In this document: positions 53,558 through 64,000 of the stretch, piece after piece
Position numbering within the stretch: position 1 is the stretch's first letter
How the letters are laid out: each line of letters starts with the position of its first letter
NCBI GenBank assembly: GCA_016180645.1
Contig: JACPAV010000003.1
Span: forward strand, 248,001-312,000
Source of the DNA: Nitrospirota bacterium
GTDB lineage: Bacteria; JACPQY01
Length of the DNA: 64,000 nucleotides
Direction: 5' to 3'
Made by a program: the position numbers and the translations under genes
The notes under the pieces: generated by a model
Databases searched by the model: none
Seen by the model: the letters and a program-made list of their open reading frames with translations, nothing else
Told to the model about the DNA's origin: nothing

Positions 53558-54097
53558 TCAGCCGGTGAAGGAAGGCGCGGGACGGTCGCGTTCGAGGATG
53601 AAGTAGTTGGTGAAGAGCCAAGCCGGGCCGATGGCGATGCGGGCCTGGCCGAGGTAGAGATCGGCGTTTTTCGGCTCCACTTGGACCACGAAGTCGCGGA
53701 TGAATTTCGTGACGTCCGCCGCCGGATTGCCCCCGCTTCCGTAGTCAAGGAAAAGGGAGTCGGCCTTCGGGGATTTCTCTCCCGCCTCCGATCCATCGCG
53801 CACGAGGTAAAACCCAAACCTCTTGGGATGATCGTCCGAGGGTTTGCAGACCCATGGATCCTCCGGCCGGCTCTGGCGGACCGGAATGTTGTATCCGAAG
53901 GGCGCCTTCTTACCTGCCTGCTCCTTGAGAAAGAACCCTTTCTTGAATTTCTGGAATCCGAGGATCCTGGCGAACATCGGCGGATTGAAGCCGCGGAACT
54001 CAAAACCCACCCATCGATCGAAGGAGGGCTTGCTCCCCGCCTCGAAAACCCGGTCCAACTCTTCGCGGCTCCTCCGCCTCAGTTCGTTCAGGTTCAT
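53558..54097 (-). CDS. Hypothetical protein
   Basis: About 180-aa ORF with strong GGAGGGGG SD right after the response regulator stop; host-like codon usage. Confidence 0.7.
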   Translation of the reverse strand: MNLNELRRRSREELDRVFEAGSKPSFDRWVGFEFRGFNPPMFARILGFQKFKKGFFLKEQAGKKAPFGYNIPVRQSRPEDPWVCKPSDDHPKRFGFYLVRDGSEAGEKSPKADSLFLDYGSGGNPAADVTKFIRDFVVQVEPKNADLYLGQARIAIGPAWLFTNYFILERDRPAPSFTG

Positions 54098-54109
54098 CGC
54101 CACCCCCTC

Positions 54110-55468
54110 CTAGCTCTGGATTCCGTGCTGGCGCATTTTGTACATGAGTGTTCTCACGCTGATCTCCAGGAGCTTCGATGCACGGCTCTTATTCCCGCGG
54201 GTCATCTTGAGCGCCTTGGCGATCAGATCCTTTTCCAATATCTCCGTCGCGATCTTCAGCGACACCGTTTCCCGGATTTCCGTGATGTCCTTGTCCGGAT
54301 TGTAGTCGCGAATGGCCGGTGGAAGGTGCTGCGGCCCCACGATCTTCTGCTCCGACAGCACCAGCGCGCGCTCGATCGAGTTCTCCAGCTCGCGCACGTT
54401 TCCCGGCCAGTGGTACTTCTGGAGAAATTCCATCGCCTGCGAGCTCACCTGTTTCTGCTTGTCGTTCGCCAGATGGGCGTACTTCTCCAAGAAATGATTC
54501 ACGAGCATCGGGATGTCTTCTTTTCTCTCCCGCAGGGGGGGCAGTGTGAGCGGAATAACATTGAGCCGGTAGAACAGATCCTGTCGAAATCGGCCCTTCG
54601 ACACATCCTCCAGCAGGACTCTCGCTGTGGCCGCGATGACACGCACGTCCACGTGAACGGGTTGGGTATCGCCCACGCGGCGGATCTCGCCTTCCTGGAG
54701 CGCCCGGAGCAACTTGACCTGAAGGTATAGAGGGATTTCTCCCACTTCATCGAGAAACAGCGTGCCTCCATGGGCCTCTTCGAACAGACCGTTTTTCGAC
54801 TTCCCCGCCCCGGTGAATGCCCCTTTGACGTAGCCGAACAGTTCGCTCTCAAGCAGCGTTTCCGGGATCGCTCCGCAGTTCACGGCCACGAATGGGCGCC
54901 CCGCTCTTTCGCCCGAGTAATGGATCGCCCGGGCCACCAGTTCCTTGCCCGTGCCGCTTTCGCCGTGGAGGAGAACCGTGCTCTTGTAGTCCGCCACCTT
55001 CTTGATCACGTCGAACACCTTCTGCATTTCCGGGTTCTTCGAGACGATGTTCTGGAATCCCGACTTTGCCTTGGGGTCCGGTTTGGCCCACGGCAGATCG
55101 CGTTTGAGGCGCTCGCGCTCCTCCGCCTTTTTCAAGACGAGCACCAACTCCTCCGGGCGGAACGGCTTGGACAGGTAGTCGTAGGCGCCGTTCCGCATGG
55201 CATCGAGGGCCAGATCGTTGTTCCCGTACGCGGTCGTGATGATCACGGTCGTCTGGTATCCCTTCTCGCGGACGCGTTTGAGGAAGTCCATGCCGTCTTC
55301 CTGCGGCATGCGGAGATCGCAGAGCGTGAAATCGAACGTTTCCTCCTCCAACTGGCCGATGGCTTCCTTGACGGAGCCCGCCACCTTGACCCGATATCCC
55401 TGGGGCGTGAGCGCCTCCTGGATGAGGGTCCGATAGTTGGATTCATCATCTACGACGAGAATCTTCAT
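54110..55468 (-). CDS. Sigma54-dependent response regulator, PilR2-like
   Basis: REC (VVDDE, DLRMP), AAA+ GESGTGKE / GAFTGA / LFLDEVGE, Fis HTH; M. xanthus pilD-pilS2-pilR2 order. Confidence 0.9.
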   Translation of the reverse strand: MKILVVDDESNYRTLIQEALTPQGYRVKVAGSVKEAIGQLEEETFDFTLCDLRMPQEDGMDFLKRVREKGYQTTVIITTAYGNNDLALDAMRNGAYDYLSKPFRPEELVLVLKKAEERERLKRDLPWAKPDPKAKSGFQNIVSKNPEMQKVFDVIKKVADYKSTVLLHGESGTGKELVARAIHYSGERAGRPFVAVNCGAIPETLLESELFGYVKGAFTGAGKSKNGLFEEAHGGTLFLDEVGEIPLYLQVKLLRALQEGEIRRVGDTQPVHVDVRVIAATARVLLEDVSKGRFRQDLFYRLNVIPLTLPPLRERKEDIPMLVNHFLEKYAHLANDKQKQVSSQAMEFLQKYHWPGNVRELENSIERALVLSEQKIVGPQHLPPAIRDYNPDKDITEIRETVSLKIATEILEKDLIAKALKMTRGNKSRASKLLEISVRTLMYKMRQHGIQS

Positions 55469-55478
55469 GGTGAAATTC

Positions 55479-56573
55479 CTATGCTTTCATCAATCGCAGG
55501 TGGAACGTGCTTCCCTTCCGGAGCTCGCTCGTCGCCCAGATCGCTCCCTGCATCTGTTCCATCAGCCGCCTGCAGATGGCCAAGCCGAGGCCCGTTCCCT
55601 GAGCACCCGGCTTGGTAGTGTAGAAGGGCTGGAAGATGGCGTCAAGGTTGGATTCGGGGATGCCGGTGCCCGTGTCGGTCACCTTGAGGACGCGACTTTC
55701 CCCTTCCTCGCTCAGCGCGATTCGGAGCGCGCCGCCATGAGGCATGGCATCGGCGGCATTGAAGAAGACGTTCATCAGGACCTGCTTGAGCCGCTGGGAA
55801 TCGGCCAGCACGGACGACCGCGGGCCGGAAAGCGACACATCCCACGTGATGCCTCGGAAAGCCTTCTGCCCTTGCACGAGATCGCGCGTATCGGAGACGA
55901 GTTTGCGCAGGTCCGTCTTCACCATCCGCGGCGCCGCGGGCCGCGCGAAATCGAGAAGCTGGGCAATGAGATCTTTGATGCGGTTGGCCTCGGACAGAAT
56001 TTTCTCCCGGTAGTCGCGCGTTTTCCCCTCGCGCGGCAGCAGTTCGGCGAATCCGATGATGATGCCGATCGGATTGCCCACCTCGTGGGCCAGGCCGGAG
56101 GCCAGCCGCCCCGTGATGGCCAGCCGCTCCGCGCGCGCCAATTCACCGTAGAGCCGCTTCAACTCTTCCGCTGCGCGCTCCGATTCGAGTGCGATGTCTT
56201 TCTCTTCCAGTGCCTCCCTACTGAATCGATCCACCAGGGCCCGGATATTGTTTTCGATCCGGGCGGCGTCCTCGGAAATCAGCCGATCGGAATCTCCCCC
56301 TGCATCGCGCACACCTGCGGTCCCGAATGCCTGAACGGCCCACCGGCGGGCCAGGAGAACACCCGCCACGGCCACGAGGAAGAGATTGAGAAGCCCGTAC
56401 ATGAGAAAGATCCGGGCGACTCTGTACAATTCCGCGGGGGGGGCGAGACCTCGCAGCCGCGCGGCCATGAACACCGCGCCGGACGTCAGAGCGACCCAAA
56501 GCACGAGGCAGAAAACAACGATGAGCCCGAGCAGGAGGTGCAGGCGCGCGGGCTTCACAATCCTCCCCTCCAA
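55479..56573 (-). CDS. Sensor histidine kinase, PilS2-like
   Basis: 2 TMs, AHEVGNP H-box, QVLMN..NA N-box, DTGTGI, PFYTTK, GTGLGL. Confidence 0.9.
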   Translation of the reverse strand: MEGRIVKPARLHLLLGLIVVFCLVLWVALTSGAVFMAARLRGLAPPAELYRVARIFLMYGLLNLFLVAVAGVLLARRWAVQAFGTAGVRDAGGDSDRLISEDAARIENNIRALVDRFSREALEEKDIALESERAAEELKRLYGELARAERLAITGRLASGLAHEVGNPIGIIIGFAELLPREGKTRDYREKILSEANRIKDLIAQLLDFARPAAPRMVKTDLRKLVSDTRDLVQGQKAFRGITWDVSLSGPRSSVLADSQRLKQVLMNVFFNAADAMPHGGALRIALSEEGESRVLKVTDTGTGIPESNLDAIFQPFYTTKPGAQGTGLGLAICRRLMEQMQGAIWATSELRKGSTFHLRLMKA

Positions 56574-57340
56574 GGAAACAGGAATTCATTGAACACGTCC
56601 CCGAAGAATAGGTAGGTCAGCGCCCCCAGGGCGAGAAACGGCCCGAAGGGAATGGCCGTTTTTCGGTCGGCCTTTTTCAGTATCATCAGGGCCACACCGA
56701 CCAGCGATCCCATGAGGGCCCCCACGAACAGGGTCGGGAGCACGCCCTTCCACCCGAAGAAGGCCCCAATCATGGCCAGGAGCTTGACATCCCCTCCCCC
56801 GAGTCCCTCGCGCTTCGCCACTTTCGCGTATCCAAACGCCACCGCGAAGAGGAGACCCGACCCGAAGAGCGCGCCGATCACCGCGCTCTGCCAGCCGACG
56901 TCCGTCTGGACGAAGGACGATGTGAGCAGGAAGACAATCGTTCCCCCCAGGCTGATTCGGTCGGGGATGATCTGGAAGTCGACATCGATAAACGTCACCA
57001 CAATAAGGGAGCAGGCGAAAACGAAATGGAGGAGAGTCGTCGACGACAGGCCGTTTTGCGCAAAGAGGCCGGCCGCGAGAAGGCCCGCCATCGCCTCAAC
57101 GATCGGGTAACGGACGGGGATGTGGCGGCCGCATCGACGGCACTGCCCGCGGAGCCACAACCAGCCCAGCACCGGTACATTGTCGTAGGCGGGGATGGCC
57201 AGATGGCATCCCGGACAAAAGGACCCCGGCCAGACGATGGAAAGCCCCCGCGGAATTCGATAGATGCACACGTTTAGAAAGCTGCCGACGAAGAGGCCGA
57301 AGACGCCGGCGACCGCCTGCATCACGGGCGGTGAGGTCAC
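56555..57340 (-). CDS. pilD: Prepilin peptidase / N-methyltransferase
   Basis: GSFLNVCIYRIP, CPGC..CRRC, IDVD..IIPD, GGGDVKL, IPFGPFL; GTG start at 57340. Confidence 0.95.
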   Translation of the reverse strand: MTSPPVMQAVAGVFGLFVGSFLNVCIYRIPRGLSIVWPGSFCPGCHLAIPAYDNVPVLGWLWLRGQCRRCGRHIPVRYPIVEAMAGLLAAGLFAQNGLSSTTLLHFVFACSLIVVTFIDVDFQIIPDRISLGGTIVFLLTSSFVQTDVGWQSAVIGALFGSGLLFAVAFGYAKVAKREGLGGGDVKLLAMIGAFFGWKGVLPTLFVGALMGSLVGVALMILKKADRKTAIPFGPFLALGALTYLFFGDVFNEFLFPWRGGL

Positions 57341-58119
57341 TTCAGATCCTTCTTCGAGAACACCAGCGAGGCGAGCCAGACGAAAATGGATGCATAAGCC
57401 AGGCTGTACAGAAATGCGAAGGCGGTTTCCCGGGGGCCCATCAGGCCCAGGTGCGAGATGACATCGGAGCGGGCGTTCAGTTTCTCCAAATCCGGAAACA
57501 CACGATACGCCGCATCCACCACGGTCTTCATCCACAGGTCTCTTGAAGGCAGGGACTCGGCGATCTGACGCACCTCGCCGATGGTGTGGCCGATCACATA
57601 CAAGAAAACGGTCAGCAGGCCGCTCAGGATCGGCGTGGACACCATCGTGAAAAACAGGGCCGCCGAGGCGACCAGACCGATCTGGAAACAGATGAAGGGA
57701 ACGGCCTTGAGGACCCCCCAGCGAAAGGTGTTTTCGACAAGGACGTTGACGCCTACGGTGATGATCGCCGTGACACAGGACAACGCCGACGCGGCGAGCA
57801 CGGCGGCCGCATACTTGCCGACGACGAAGGCCCACCGGGGCATCGGCTTGGTCACCGCCACGTAGATGGTTCTTCGTTCCATCTCACGAGACATGCTTCC
57901 AATAATCAGAATCACGGCCAGAAAGACTCCGAGAAGTTCGGCCCCGGCCAGTCCCGCATCCAAGACGATCTTGGATTCCGCGCCAAATGTTGCGGTTCCC
58001 AGCGCCATGCCGAGACCCAGAAGGAGGAGCGCGAATACGAAAAGCCCGTAGAAGAAACGGTCCTTGACGATCTCCCGAAGATTGTAGCGAACGACGGCAG
58101 CGATCTGACGAAGGATCAC
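57337..58119 (-). CDS. ABC-2 type permease, PilI-like
   Basis: REMERRTIY...KP..R..FVVGKY motif, multiple TMs. Confidence 0.85.
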   Translation of the reverse strand: MILRQIAAVVRYNLREIVKDRFFYGLFVFALLLLGLGMALGTATFGAESKIVLDAGLAGAELLGVFLAVILIIGSMSREMERRTIYVAVTKPMPRWAFVVGKYAAAVLAASALSCVTAIITVGVNVLVENTFRWGVLKAVPFICFQIGLVASAALFFTMVSTPILSGLLTVFLYVIGHTIGEVRQIAESLPSRDLWMKTVVDAAYRVFPDLEKLNARSDVISHLGLMGPRETAFAFLYSLAYASIFVWLASLVFSKKDLK

Positions 58120-58859
58120 CCCAATCCTCCCGCCGAGCGGAGTTCCTGAACCAGAATCTTCTCCAGATTCACCTTGCCGCCCTCCCGAAGGTCCACCACT
58201 TTCCTCAGTTCTCCCCCGATGAGGAGCATCGCGCGATCACACAGCACTTCGACATCATGCAGAATGTGCGTTGAAAAGAAGATGGTCCGGCCTTCCTTTC
58301 TCAGATCCATGAGAAGGTCGCGAACAAACACCCGACCCAAGGGGTCCAAACCCGTCATCGGCTCGTCCAGGATGACCACCTCGGCCGACGGCAGAAGGGC
58401 CTGGGCCAGTCCGATGCGCTGGAGCATTCCGCGCGAATACTTGGAGAGAGCCAGGCCCTCCCGCCCTTTCAGGCCGACGCGTTCGATGAGGGCCGGCACT
58501 CGGATTTTCAAGTCCGGCGCCGGGAGGCCGTACAGCCCCCCCATGTAGCGGAGAAACTGTTCGCCCGTCAGCGCCTGATAGAAATACGGTTGTTCGGGAA
58601 GGAAACCCACGCGCCGCAGCACATCGATACTCCCAAAGGGTCGGCCGAGAATCGTCCCCCCCCCGGATGTCGGTCGGACCAGCCCGAGGAGAATCTTGAT
58701 GGCCGTCGTCTTTCCCGCTCCGTTCGGTCCGATGCATCCGATAATTTCTCCTCGGTGGACATCCAAGTTGAAATTCCGGAGTGCGGTGACTTTTCTCTGG
58801 AAGAAGCCGACCTTGTAGGTTTTCGAAACCGATTGGAATTGGATGACGGGTGGGACCAC
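58116..58859 (-). CDS. ABC transporter ATP-binding protein, PilH-like
   Basis: [25 protein letters not shown]; start placed downstream of the heptamer repeat (GTG 58859; ORF open to 58919). Confidence 0.9.
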   Translation of the reverse strand: MVPPVIQFQSVSKTYKVGFFQRKVTALRNFNLDVHRGEIIGCIGPNGAGKTTAIKILLGLVRPTSGGGTILGRPFGSIDVLRRVGFLPEQPYFYQALTGEQFLRYMGGLYGLPAPDLKIRVPALIERVGLKGREGLALSKYSRGMLQRIGLAQALLPSAEVVILDEPMTGLDPLGRVFVRDLLMDLRKEGRTIFFSTHILHDVEVLCDRAMLLIGGELRKVVDLREGGKVNLEKILVQELRSAGGLG

Positions 58860-58870
58860 CCCGCCGCCCG

Positions 58871-58905
58871 TTTGGGATTTGAAATCTGAGATCTGAGATT
58901 TCAGA
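58871..58905. repeat. Five degenerate 7-bp tandem repeats (TYTGAGA)
   Basis: tttggga tttgaaa tctgaga tctgaga tttcaga. Confidence 0.7.
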
Positions 58906-58921
58906 GGAGGTGGGGCCACGG

Positions 58922-59776
58922 TCAGTCCTTCAACCGAGTGTTCCGAACGTGGTGTTCGGAATCCAGGAAATACTTCCCTTCCAGCGGGTCCGGAGGGATC
59001 TCGGTCAAGATCCCTGCCTTCACCATTTCATCCAGGTTCTCCGGCCACCGCCTCCGCTCCGACTTGAACCGATTGACCCGTTTCTGAAGTTCTTCCATGT
59101 TCAACCTCGACCCATACTCTTTCATTTTCCGGGAGATTTCCTCTTTTTTCTGGGGATCCCTGGTATCGCTCCACGCCACGGCCAGATAGTCCAGCGCCAT
59201 GCTCATGAATTCCTCGTTCTGGTAGACCTTTTCCGCAAGGCCGACGAAGAATTGAGGGGCATTCGGGAGCAGCGTTCCTCGCAGGAGGGCGTCGGCGGCA
59301 GGTTTGAATTCCTTCAGAAAGAAGAAGTGATTGAAGCTGAGGTAGTACCAGAGCTTCCAATTACCAGGGTGGTGCCGCAGGCCGTCCCACATGAGTTTGA
59401 TCCCCTCACGGGCGTCCTTCTTGTCCCAGCCGAGCACCACACCGCCAAAGTAGTAGGCCTCTACGAGCCAAGGATCGAATCCCGTGGTCGTTCGAAGGTA
59501 CCCATCCATGGGGGCAATGCGCTCCAAGAACTTTTTCTCGTCACGGCGGACAGCCAGCACGTTCCCGTAGAAGTTGATCGTTTTCACCCACCACCAATCG
59601 CCTGCGAGCGACGCGAAACCGCCCGTCAGTACGCGGCTCGTCCGCACCGCCGGGAAATCCTCGGCCGCCAGCCTCGCTTTCTCACGGGCCTGATCCAGCG
59701 CCCCGGACGATTGCCACACGATGGCGCCCGCGCCCACGAGAAAAAGCGCCGAAAAGAGAGCCTTGAAAACACGCAT
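58922..59776 (-). CDS. Membrane-anchored TPR-like pilus accessory protein, PilG/Xap-like
   Basis: N-terminal TM, ADWWWVK-like segment, DP....Y..GG, C-terminal P..L.EMV.AG.L..IP.DP..G.Y; immediately upstream of the pilH-like gene. Confidence 0.7.
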   Translation of the reverse strand: MRVFKALFSALFLVGAGAIVWQSSGALDQAREKARLAAEDFPAVRTSRVLTGGFASLAGDWWWVKTINFYGNVLAVRRDEKKFLERIAPMDGYLRTTTGFDPWLVEAYYFGGVVLGWDKKDAREGIKLMWDGLRHHPGNWKLWYYLSFNHFFFLKEFKPAADALLRGTLLPNAPQFFVGLAEKVYQNEEFMSMALDYLAVAWSDTRDPQKKEEISRKMKEYGSRLNMEELQKRVNRFKSERRRWPENLDEMVKAGILTEIPPDPLEGKYFLDSEHHVRNTRLKD

Positions 59777-59838
59777 GCCCGTAGGGGGCATTATAGGAAC
59801 GGCACAAGGGAAAAGGAAACGAAGATCGCGGGACGCGA

Positions 59839-60801
59839 TCAGGACCGATTCAATTGGCGGAGATCATTCTCCACCATCATCCGAACCATTTCCTCAAAGG
59901 ACACGTTCGGTTTCCAGCCGAGCTTCTCCCGCGCCCGCGAGGCATCGCCGATGAGATGGTCCACATCCGCCGGTCGGAACAGCTTGGGGTCCTGCACCAC
60001 GTGTTTCTTCCAATCCAGGCCCACCGAAGAGAAGGCAATCTCCACGAACTCCTGCACGCTCCGCGACCGGCCCGTAGCCACCACAAAGTCCGAAGGACCA
60101 GGCTGCTGGAGCATCCTCCACATGGCGTCCACATAGTCGCCGGCAAAACCCCAATCGCGCTTCGCCTCCAGATTTCCCAGGGGCAGCTTCTCGGCCAGAC
60201 CGAGCTTGATCTTTGCGACCATGTTCGTAATTTTCCTCGTGACGAACTCGATACCCCGCCGCGGCGACTCATGATTGAACAGAATACCGGACGAGGCAAA
60301 GAGATTGTAGCTCTCCCGGTAGTTGACCGTGATCCAGTGCGCATAGACTTTCGCGATTCCGTACGGACTGCGCGGATAGAAACTGGTGGTTTCCCTTTGG
60401 GGAACTTCCTTCGTGTTGCCGAACATCTCGCTCGAGGACGCCTGATAAAATTTCGTATCGGGCTTCATTCGTCGGATCGCCTCAAGCACGCGAACCGGCC
60501 CCAGCCCCGTGATCTCCGCCGTCAGGACCGGCTGGTTGAAAGAGGTCGGTACAAAGGACTGCGAACCCAGATTGTATACTTCGTCCGGTTTGTGGTTCCG
60601 AACCGCCTCGTCCAGAGAACTCTGGTCGGTCAGATCGCCCTGGACCAGCTCCAGCTTGTCCATAAAGTGCTGGATGCGATCGAATTTCTCCGTACTGGTC
60701 CGCCGGACCATGCCGAAGACCTTGTAGCCTTTCTCGAGGAGCAGTTCCGCGAGATAGGAACCGTCCTGTCCGGTAATGCCGGTGATCAAGGCTCGTTTCA
60801 C
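59839..60801 (-). CDS. gmd: GDP-mannose 4,6-dehydratase
   Basis: [52 protein letters not shown]. Confidence 0.97.
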   Translation of the reverse strand: MKRALITGITGQDGSYLAELLLEKGYKVFGMVRRTSTEKFDRIQHFMDKLELVQGDLTDQSSLDEAVRNHKPDEVYNLGSQSFVPTSFNQPVLTAEITGLGPVRVLEAIRRMKPDTKFYQASSSEMFGNTKEVPQRETTSFYPRSPYGIAKVYAHWITVNYRESYNLFASSGILFNHESPRRGIEFVTRKITNMVAKIKLGLAEKLPLGNLEAKRDWGFAGDYVDAMWRMLQQPGPSDFVVATGRSRSVQEFVEIAFSSVGLDWKKHVVQDPKLFRPADVDHLIGDASRAREKLGWKPNVSFEEMVRMMVENDLRQLNRS

Positions 60802-60900
60802 CTCCCATCCTCCCTTCCGGAACGGACGTTCCATACAAGGCAGGCGGCTTGGGCGCTGTATTGATTCTTCACCGGCGATTACTCTTGAAAATGGCGGGGG

Positions 60901-62088
60901 CTACTCGAGCATCTCAACGGTCAGGGCGATTCCCTCACCGCCGCCGATGCAGAGGCTGGCCAATCCTCGCTTGAGCTTCCGGTCCTTCAGCGCGTGCAGC
61001 AGGGTGGACAGGATTCGTGACCCGCTGGCTCCAATCGGATGGCCGAGGGCCACGGCGCCGCCGTTGACATTCACCCGATCCAGCTTCAGACCGAGCTGCT
61101 TCGCGGCGACAATGGTCACCACGGCGAACGCTTCATTGATTTCGAATAGGTCAATGTCATCCAAATTCAGCCCGCTCCGTTTGATCGCGCTCTGGATGGC
61201 GGGAACCGGCGCCGTGGTGAACCACTTGGGCTCCTGCGCGGCGTACCCCCAATTGACGATCCGGGCCGTGGGCTTCAGCCCCAGCTCCTTGACCTTCTCT
61301 TGGGTGGCCAGGATCACAGCCGCGCCCCCATCGTTGATGCTGGAGGCGTTCCCGGCGGTCACGGTCCCGTTTTCCTGGAAGGCCGGACGAAGGGTCCCCA
61401 ATTTCTTGACGTCCCCCCGGAAGGGTTCTTCATCCGTATCCACGACGAGGGTTTCCTTTCGGCTCTTGATCTCGACCGGCACGATCTCGGCCTTGAATTT
61501 TCCGCCTTCCGAGGCCTTCTGGGCCCGCGTGTAGGATTCGGCGGCGAACTTGTCCTGCTCCTCGCGCGATACTTCATACTTGGCGCTGCACGCTTCCGCG
61601 CAGGTGCCCATATGGACGTTGTTGTACGGATCCCACAGTCCATCGGAAATCATCGAATCCAAAACCTGACCGTGGCCCATTCGGAAACCGGAACGCCCCT
61701 CCTTCATCAGATAAGGCGCCTGCGTCATGCTCTCCATGCCGCCGGCCACGGCGAGATCCACCTCGCCCATCATCATGGAACGGGTCGCCAAGATGACCGC
61801 TTCAAGCCCTGAGCCGCAGACTTTGTTGATCGTCAAGGCCGGAACAGAGTCCGGGATTCCGGCCCCCAGCGCGGCCTGCCGGGCCGGGGCTTGACCCTCG
61901 CCCGCCTGGAGCACATTGCCCATGACGCAGAATTTCACGTCCGAGGGTTTCACGCCTCCGCGCTCGAGCGCGGCTTTGATGGCGGTACTCCCCAGCTTTG
62001 GTGCGGAGACCGCCGCCAATTTCCCCTGAAAACTTCCGATCGGTGTTCTTGCAGACGAGACGATATAAACTTCAGTGTTGGTTGCCAT
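60901..62088 (-). CDS. Acetyl-CoA C-acetyltransferase (thiolase)
   Basis: NKVCGSG, GGMESM, NEAFA, GHPIGASG, CIGGGEG. Confidence 0.96.
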   Translation of the reverse strand: MATNTEVYIVSSARTPIGSFQGKLAAVSAPKLGSTAIKAALERGGVKPSDVKFCVMGNVLQAGEGQAPARQAALGAGIPDSVPALTINKVCGSGLEAVILATRSMMMGEVDLAVAGGMESMTQAPYLMKEGRSGFRMGHGQVLDSMISDGLWDPYNNVHMGTCAEACSAKYEVSREEQDKFAAESYTRAQKASEGGKFKAEIVPVEIKSRKETLVVDTDEEPFRGDVKKLGTLRPAFQENGTVTAGNASSINDGGAAVILATQEKVKELGLKPTARIVNWGYAAQEPKWFTTAPVPAIQSAIKRSGLNLDDIDLFEINEAFAVVTIVAAKQLGLKLDRVNVNGGAVALGHPIGASGSRILSTLLHALKDRKLKRGLASLCIGGGEGIALTVEMLE

Positions 62089-62262
62089 GACTTGGGGTTA
62101 ACAAATCACCCTCTCGATGTCAACCGGATGACCGCCCCCCTTCCACTCCGCTCCAGGGACGATGAGCCGAAGGGTCATAGGGTCTTTGCATCGGCGAACC
62201 GGGCCGCGCCGCATTAGGAAAAAACCCTTGAAATAGTTTCTCGGAAGCGTCATGAGGGGCGG

Positions 62263-64000
62263 ATGAACATCTTGAAATCGTTCTTTCTCCGCCGAGTGCG
62301 AGTCTTGCCGGTGCTGGCCGTCTCCCTTCTCGGGAATTCCATCCCGCGGGCTCACGCTTCCGATGCCGCCTGGTTTCAGCTCCAGCCTGATCTCGAAACC
62401 CCCAAGTACGATGGCGTGCAATTCTCCGGATCCCACTATCTCACCATGCGCGATGGTGTGAAGATCGCTTACGATCTCTACCTGCCGAAAGGCATCCAAG
62501 CCGGAGACCGGGTGCCGGCCCTGCTCTGGCAGACCCGATACCTGAGATCCGTTCAACCCCGTTGGCTCACCCGTCTGATTTTCGGCAACCAGCCCTATGA
62601 CCACACCGGCCTCTACGGCAAGATTCGTAATTGGTTCGTCCCCCGAGGCTACGCGTGGATGGACACGGACGTTCGCGGCACCGGGGCTTCCACCGGTCAC
62701 GGGATCTGCCCGTATTCCCCGGATGAGATTAAAGACGGGGCGGAAGTCGTCGACTGGATCGTGGCTCAACCCTGGTCGAACGGCCGCGTGGGATCTCTCG
62801 GGGTTTCCTATCCGGGGTCCGCATCCGAGATGCTCCTCATCAATCGACATCCGGCGGTCAAAGCCATCGCGCCCCTGTATGCGATGTTCGATGCCTACAC
62901 AGACATCGCCTTCCCCGGGGGCATCCACGCCGTGCGTTTCACCGAGGATTGGCACCATGTCAACATCTCGTTGGACCAAAACACCCCGGAAGCCATCGCG
63001 GGTGCCTGGGTCAAGCTCTTCATCACGGGTGTCTCGCCCGCCATGGAAGACCCGGACAAGTCGATGCTCCGACAGGCCCTTCGGGATCACGAGCAAAATT
63101 ACAACATCCATCGCCAGGCTCTTGGAATCACGTTTCGCGACGACGTGTCGCCGGACGACCCGCGTCCCGGAGGAACGGGAACCGAAATTCTGGCCGGCCA
63201 TCCTCTCGATCCTTCCGGCAGCATCGGGTTGTTCAGCCCGCACAACTACAGGCAGGACATCGAGTCCTCCGGCGCCGCGATCTACGGTTACACCGGCTGG
63301 TTCGACGGGGCGTACACGCACTCCGCCATCAAACGCTTCTTGAACGTCCATACTCCGGGCAGCCGGATGATCATCGGTCCGTGGGGACACGGCGGCGGAT
63401 GGCAATTCAACCCCTACACCGGATCACGAAAGACATCCTTCAGCCACAACGCAGAACTGCTCCGATTCTTCGACCGGTATCTGAAGGACACCCCGACCGG
63501 CATCGATGACGAACCTCCGGTGCATTACTTCACCCTGGTGGAAGAGAAGTGGAAGGCGACGGATCGCTGGCCTCCTCCGTCAACTCCTCACGTTCTCTAT
63601 TTCAGGGAGAACCACGCGCTCGTAGAAGAACCGCCCGCAGAGGCCGACGCACACGATGAGTATCGGGTCGATCCCACCCACGGAACCGGGCCGGCGTCCC
63701 GGTTCCGAGTCCAGACCCTTCCGGATGCCCCTGTGGCCTATCCCGATCGCAAGGAGCAAGACCGCAAACTTCTTGTCTACCAGTCCGCGCCGTTGGGTGA
63801 GGACGTGGAAGTGACCGGCCACCCCATTGTTACGCTATACGTTGACTCCACTAAGCCGGACGGTTCTTTCTTTGTGTACTTGGAGGACGTCGATCCAGAG
63901 GGAAATGTAGCCTACGTAACCGAAGGCGAACTTCGTGCCATCCACCGCAAGTTGAGCAGCGGGAAGCCCCCCTATGCGACGGTCGTGCCCTATCGCACAT
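62263..64000 (+). CDS. CocE/NonD-family serine hydrolase with signal peptide (partial, runs off window)
   Basis: Translated by hand: MRDGVKIA.DLYLP, DVRGTGASTG, W..AQPWSNGRVG..GVSYPG nucleophile, GWFD, GPWGH. Confidence 0.88.
   Translation, partial: MNILKSFFLRRVRVLPVLAVSLLGNSIPRAHASDAAWFQLQPDLETPKYDGVQFSGSHYLTMRDGVKIAYDLYLPKGIQAGDRVPALLWQTRYLRSVQPRWLTRLIFGNQPYDHTGLYGKIRNWFVPRGYAWMDTDVRGTGASTGHGICPYSPDEIKDGAEVVDWIVAQPWSNGRVGSLGVSYPGSASEMLLINRHPAVKAIAPLYAMFDAYTDIAFPGGIHAVRFTEDWHHVNISLDQNTPEAIAGAWVKLFITGVSPAMEDPDKSMLRQALRDHEQNYNIHRQALGITFRDDVSPDDPRPGGTGTEILAGHPLDPSGSIGLFSPHNYRQDIESSGAAIYGYTGWFDGAYTHSAIKRFLNVHTPGSRMIIGPWGHGGGWQFNPYTGSRKTSFSHNAELLRFFDRYLKDTPTGIDDEPPVHYFTLVEEKWKATDRWPPPSTPHVLYFRENHALVEEPPAEADAHDEYRVDPTHGTGPASRFRVQTLPDAPVAYPDRKEQDRKLLVYQSAPLGEDVEVTGHPIVTLYVDSTKPDGSFFVYLEDVDPEGNVAYVTEGELRAIHRKLSSGKPPYATVVPYRT

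Noticed and set aside
62098-63405. 435-aa minus-strand ORF
   Set aside because: Antisense to the CocE/NonD hydrolase, which the ORF track missed because it has no stop in the window
1-64000. CRISPR array, rRNA, IS element or prophage
   Set aside because: No regularly spaced 25-40-bp repeats, rRNA-like tracts, transposase or phage structural genes seen

Overview
GC-rich bacterial chromosome segment. The pilG-H-I-D-S2-R2 order and tRNA/rpmG/secE synteny suggest a deltaproteobacteria-like lineage (inference). (1) 1-3640, minus strand: the start of nuoL, nuoK and nuoJ behind their own sigma70 promoter, then mazG and lnt. (2) 3781-35826, minus strand: one compact translation/transcription supercluster running tRNA Thr-Tyr-Gly-Thr, rpmG, tRNA-Trp, secE, nusG, rplKAJL, rpoBC, rpsLG, fusA, tuf and the S10, spc and alpha operons. 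It has no tufB, no room for an L10 leader, and several ribosomal-protein extensions. (3) 35911-40255: a translationally coupled queC-like / pteridine reductase / SAM methyltransferase / queD operon, divergent from an MFS transporter. (4) 40348-53220: an integrase-free candidate defence island. It encodes a type IIG-like adenine methyltransferase whose nuclease motifs look dead, a DUF2254-like membrane protein, AbiEi, an AbiEii toxin fused to a WYL domain and a Zn finger, a PLD-SNF2 helicase-nuclease, and a Zn-ribbon/HEPN protein. (5) 53558-64000: a type IV pilus accessory cluster, gmd, a thiolase and a partial CocE/NonD hydrolase. The best candidates for new biology are the AbiEii-WYL-containing island and the Que/pterin/methyltransferase operon. 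All calls come from motif recognition by eye; no database searches were run.
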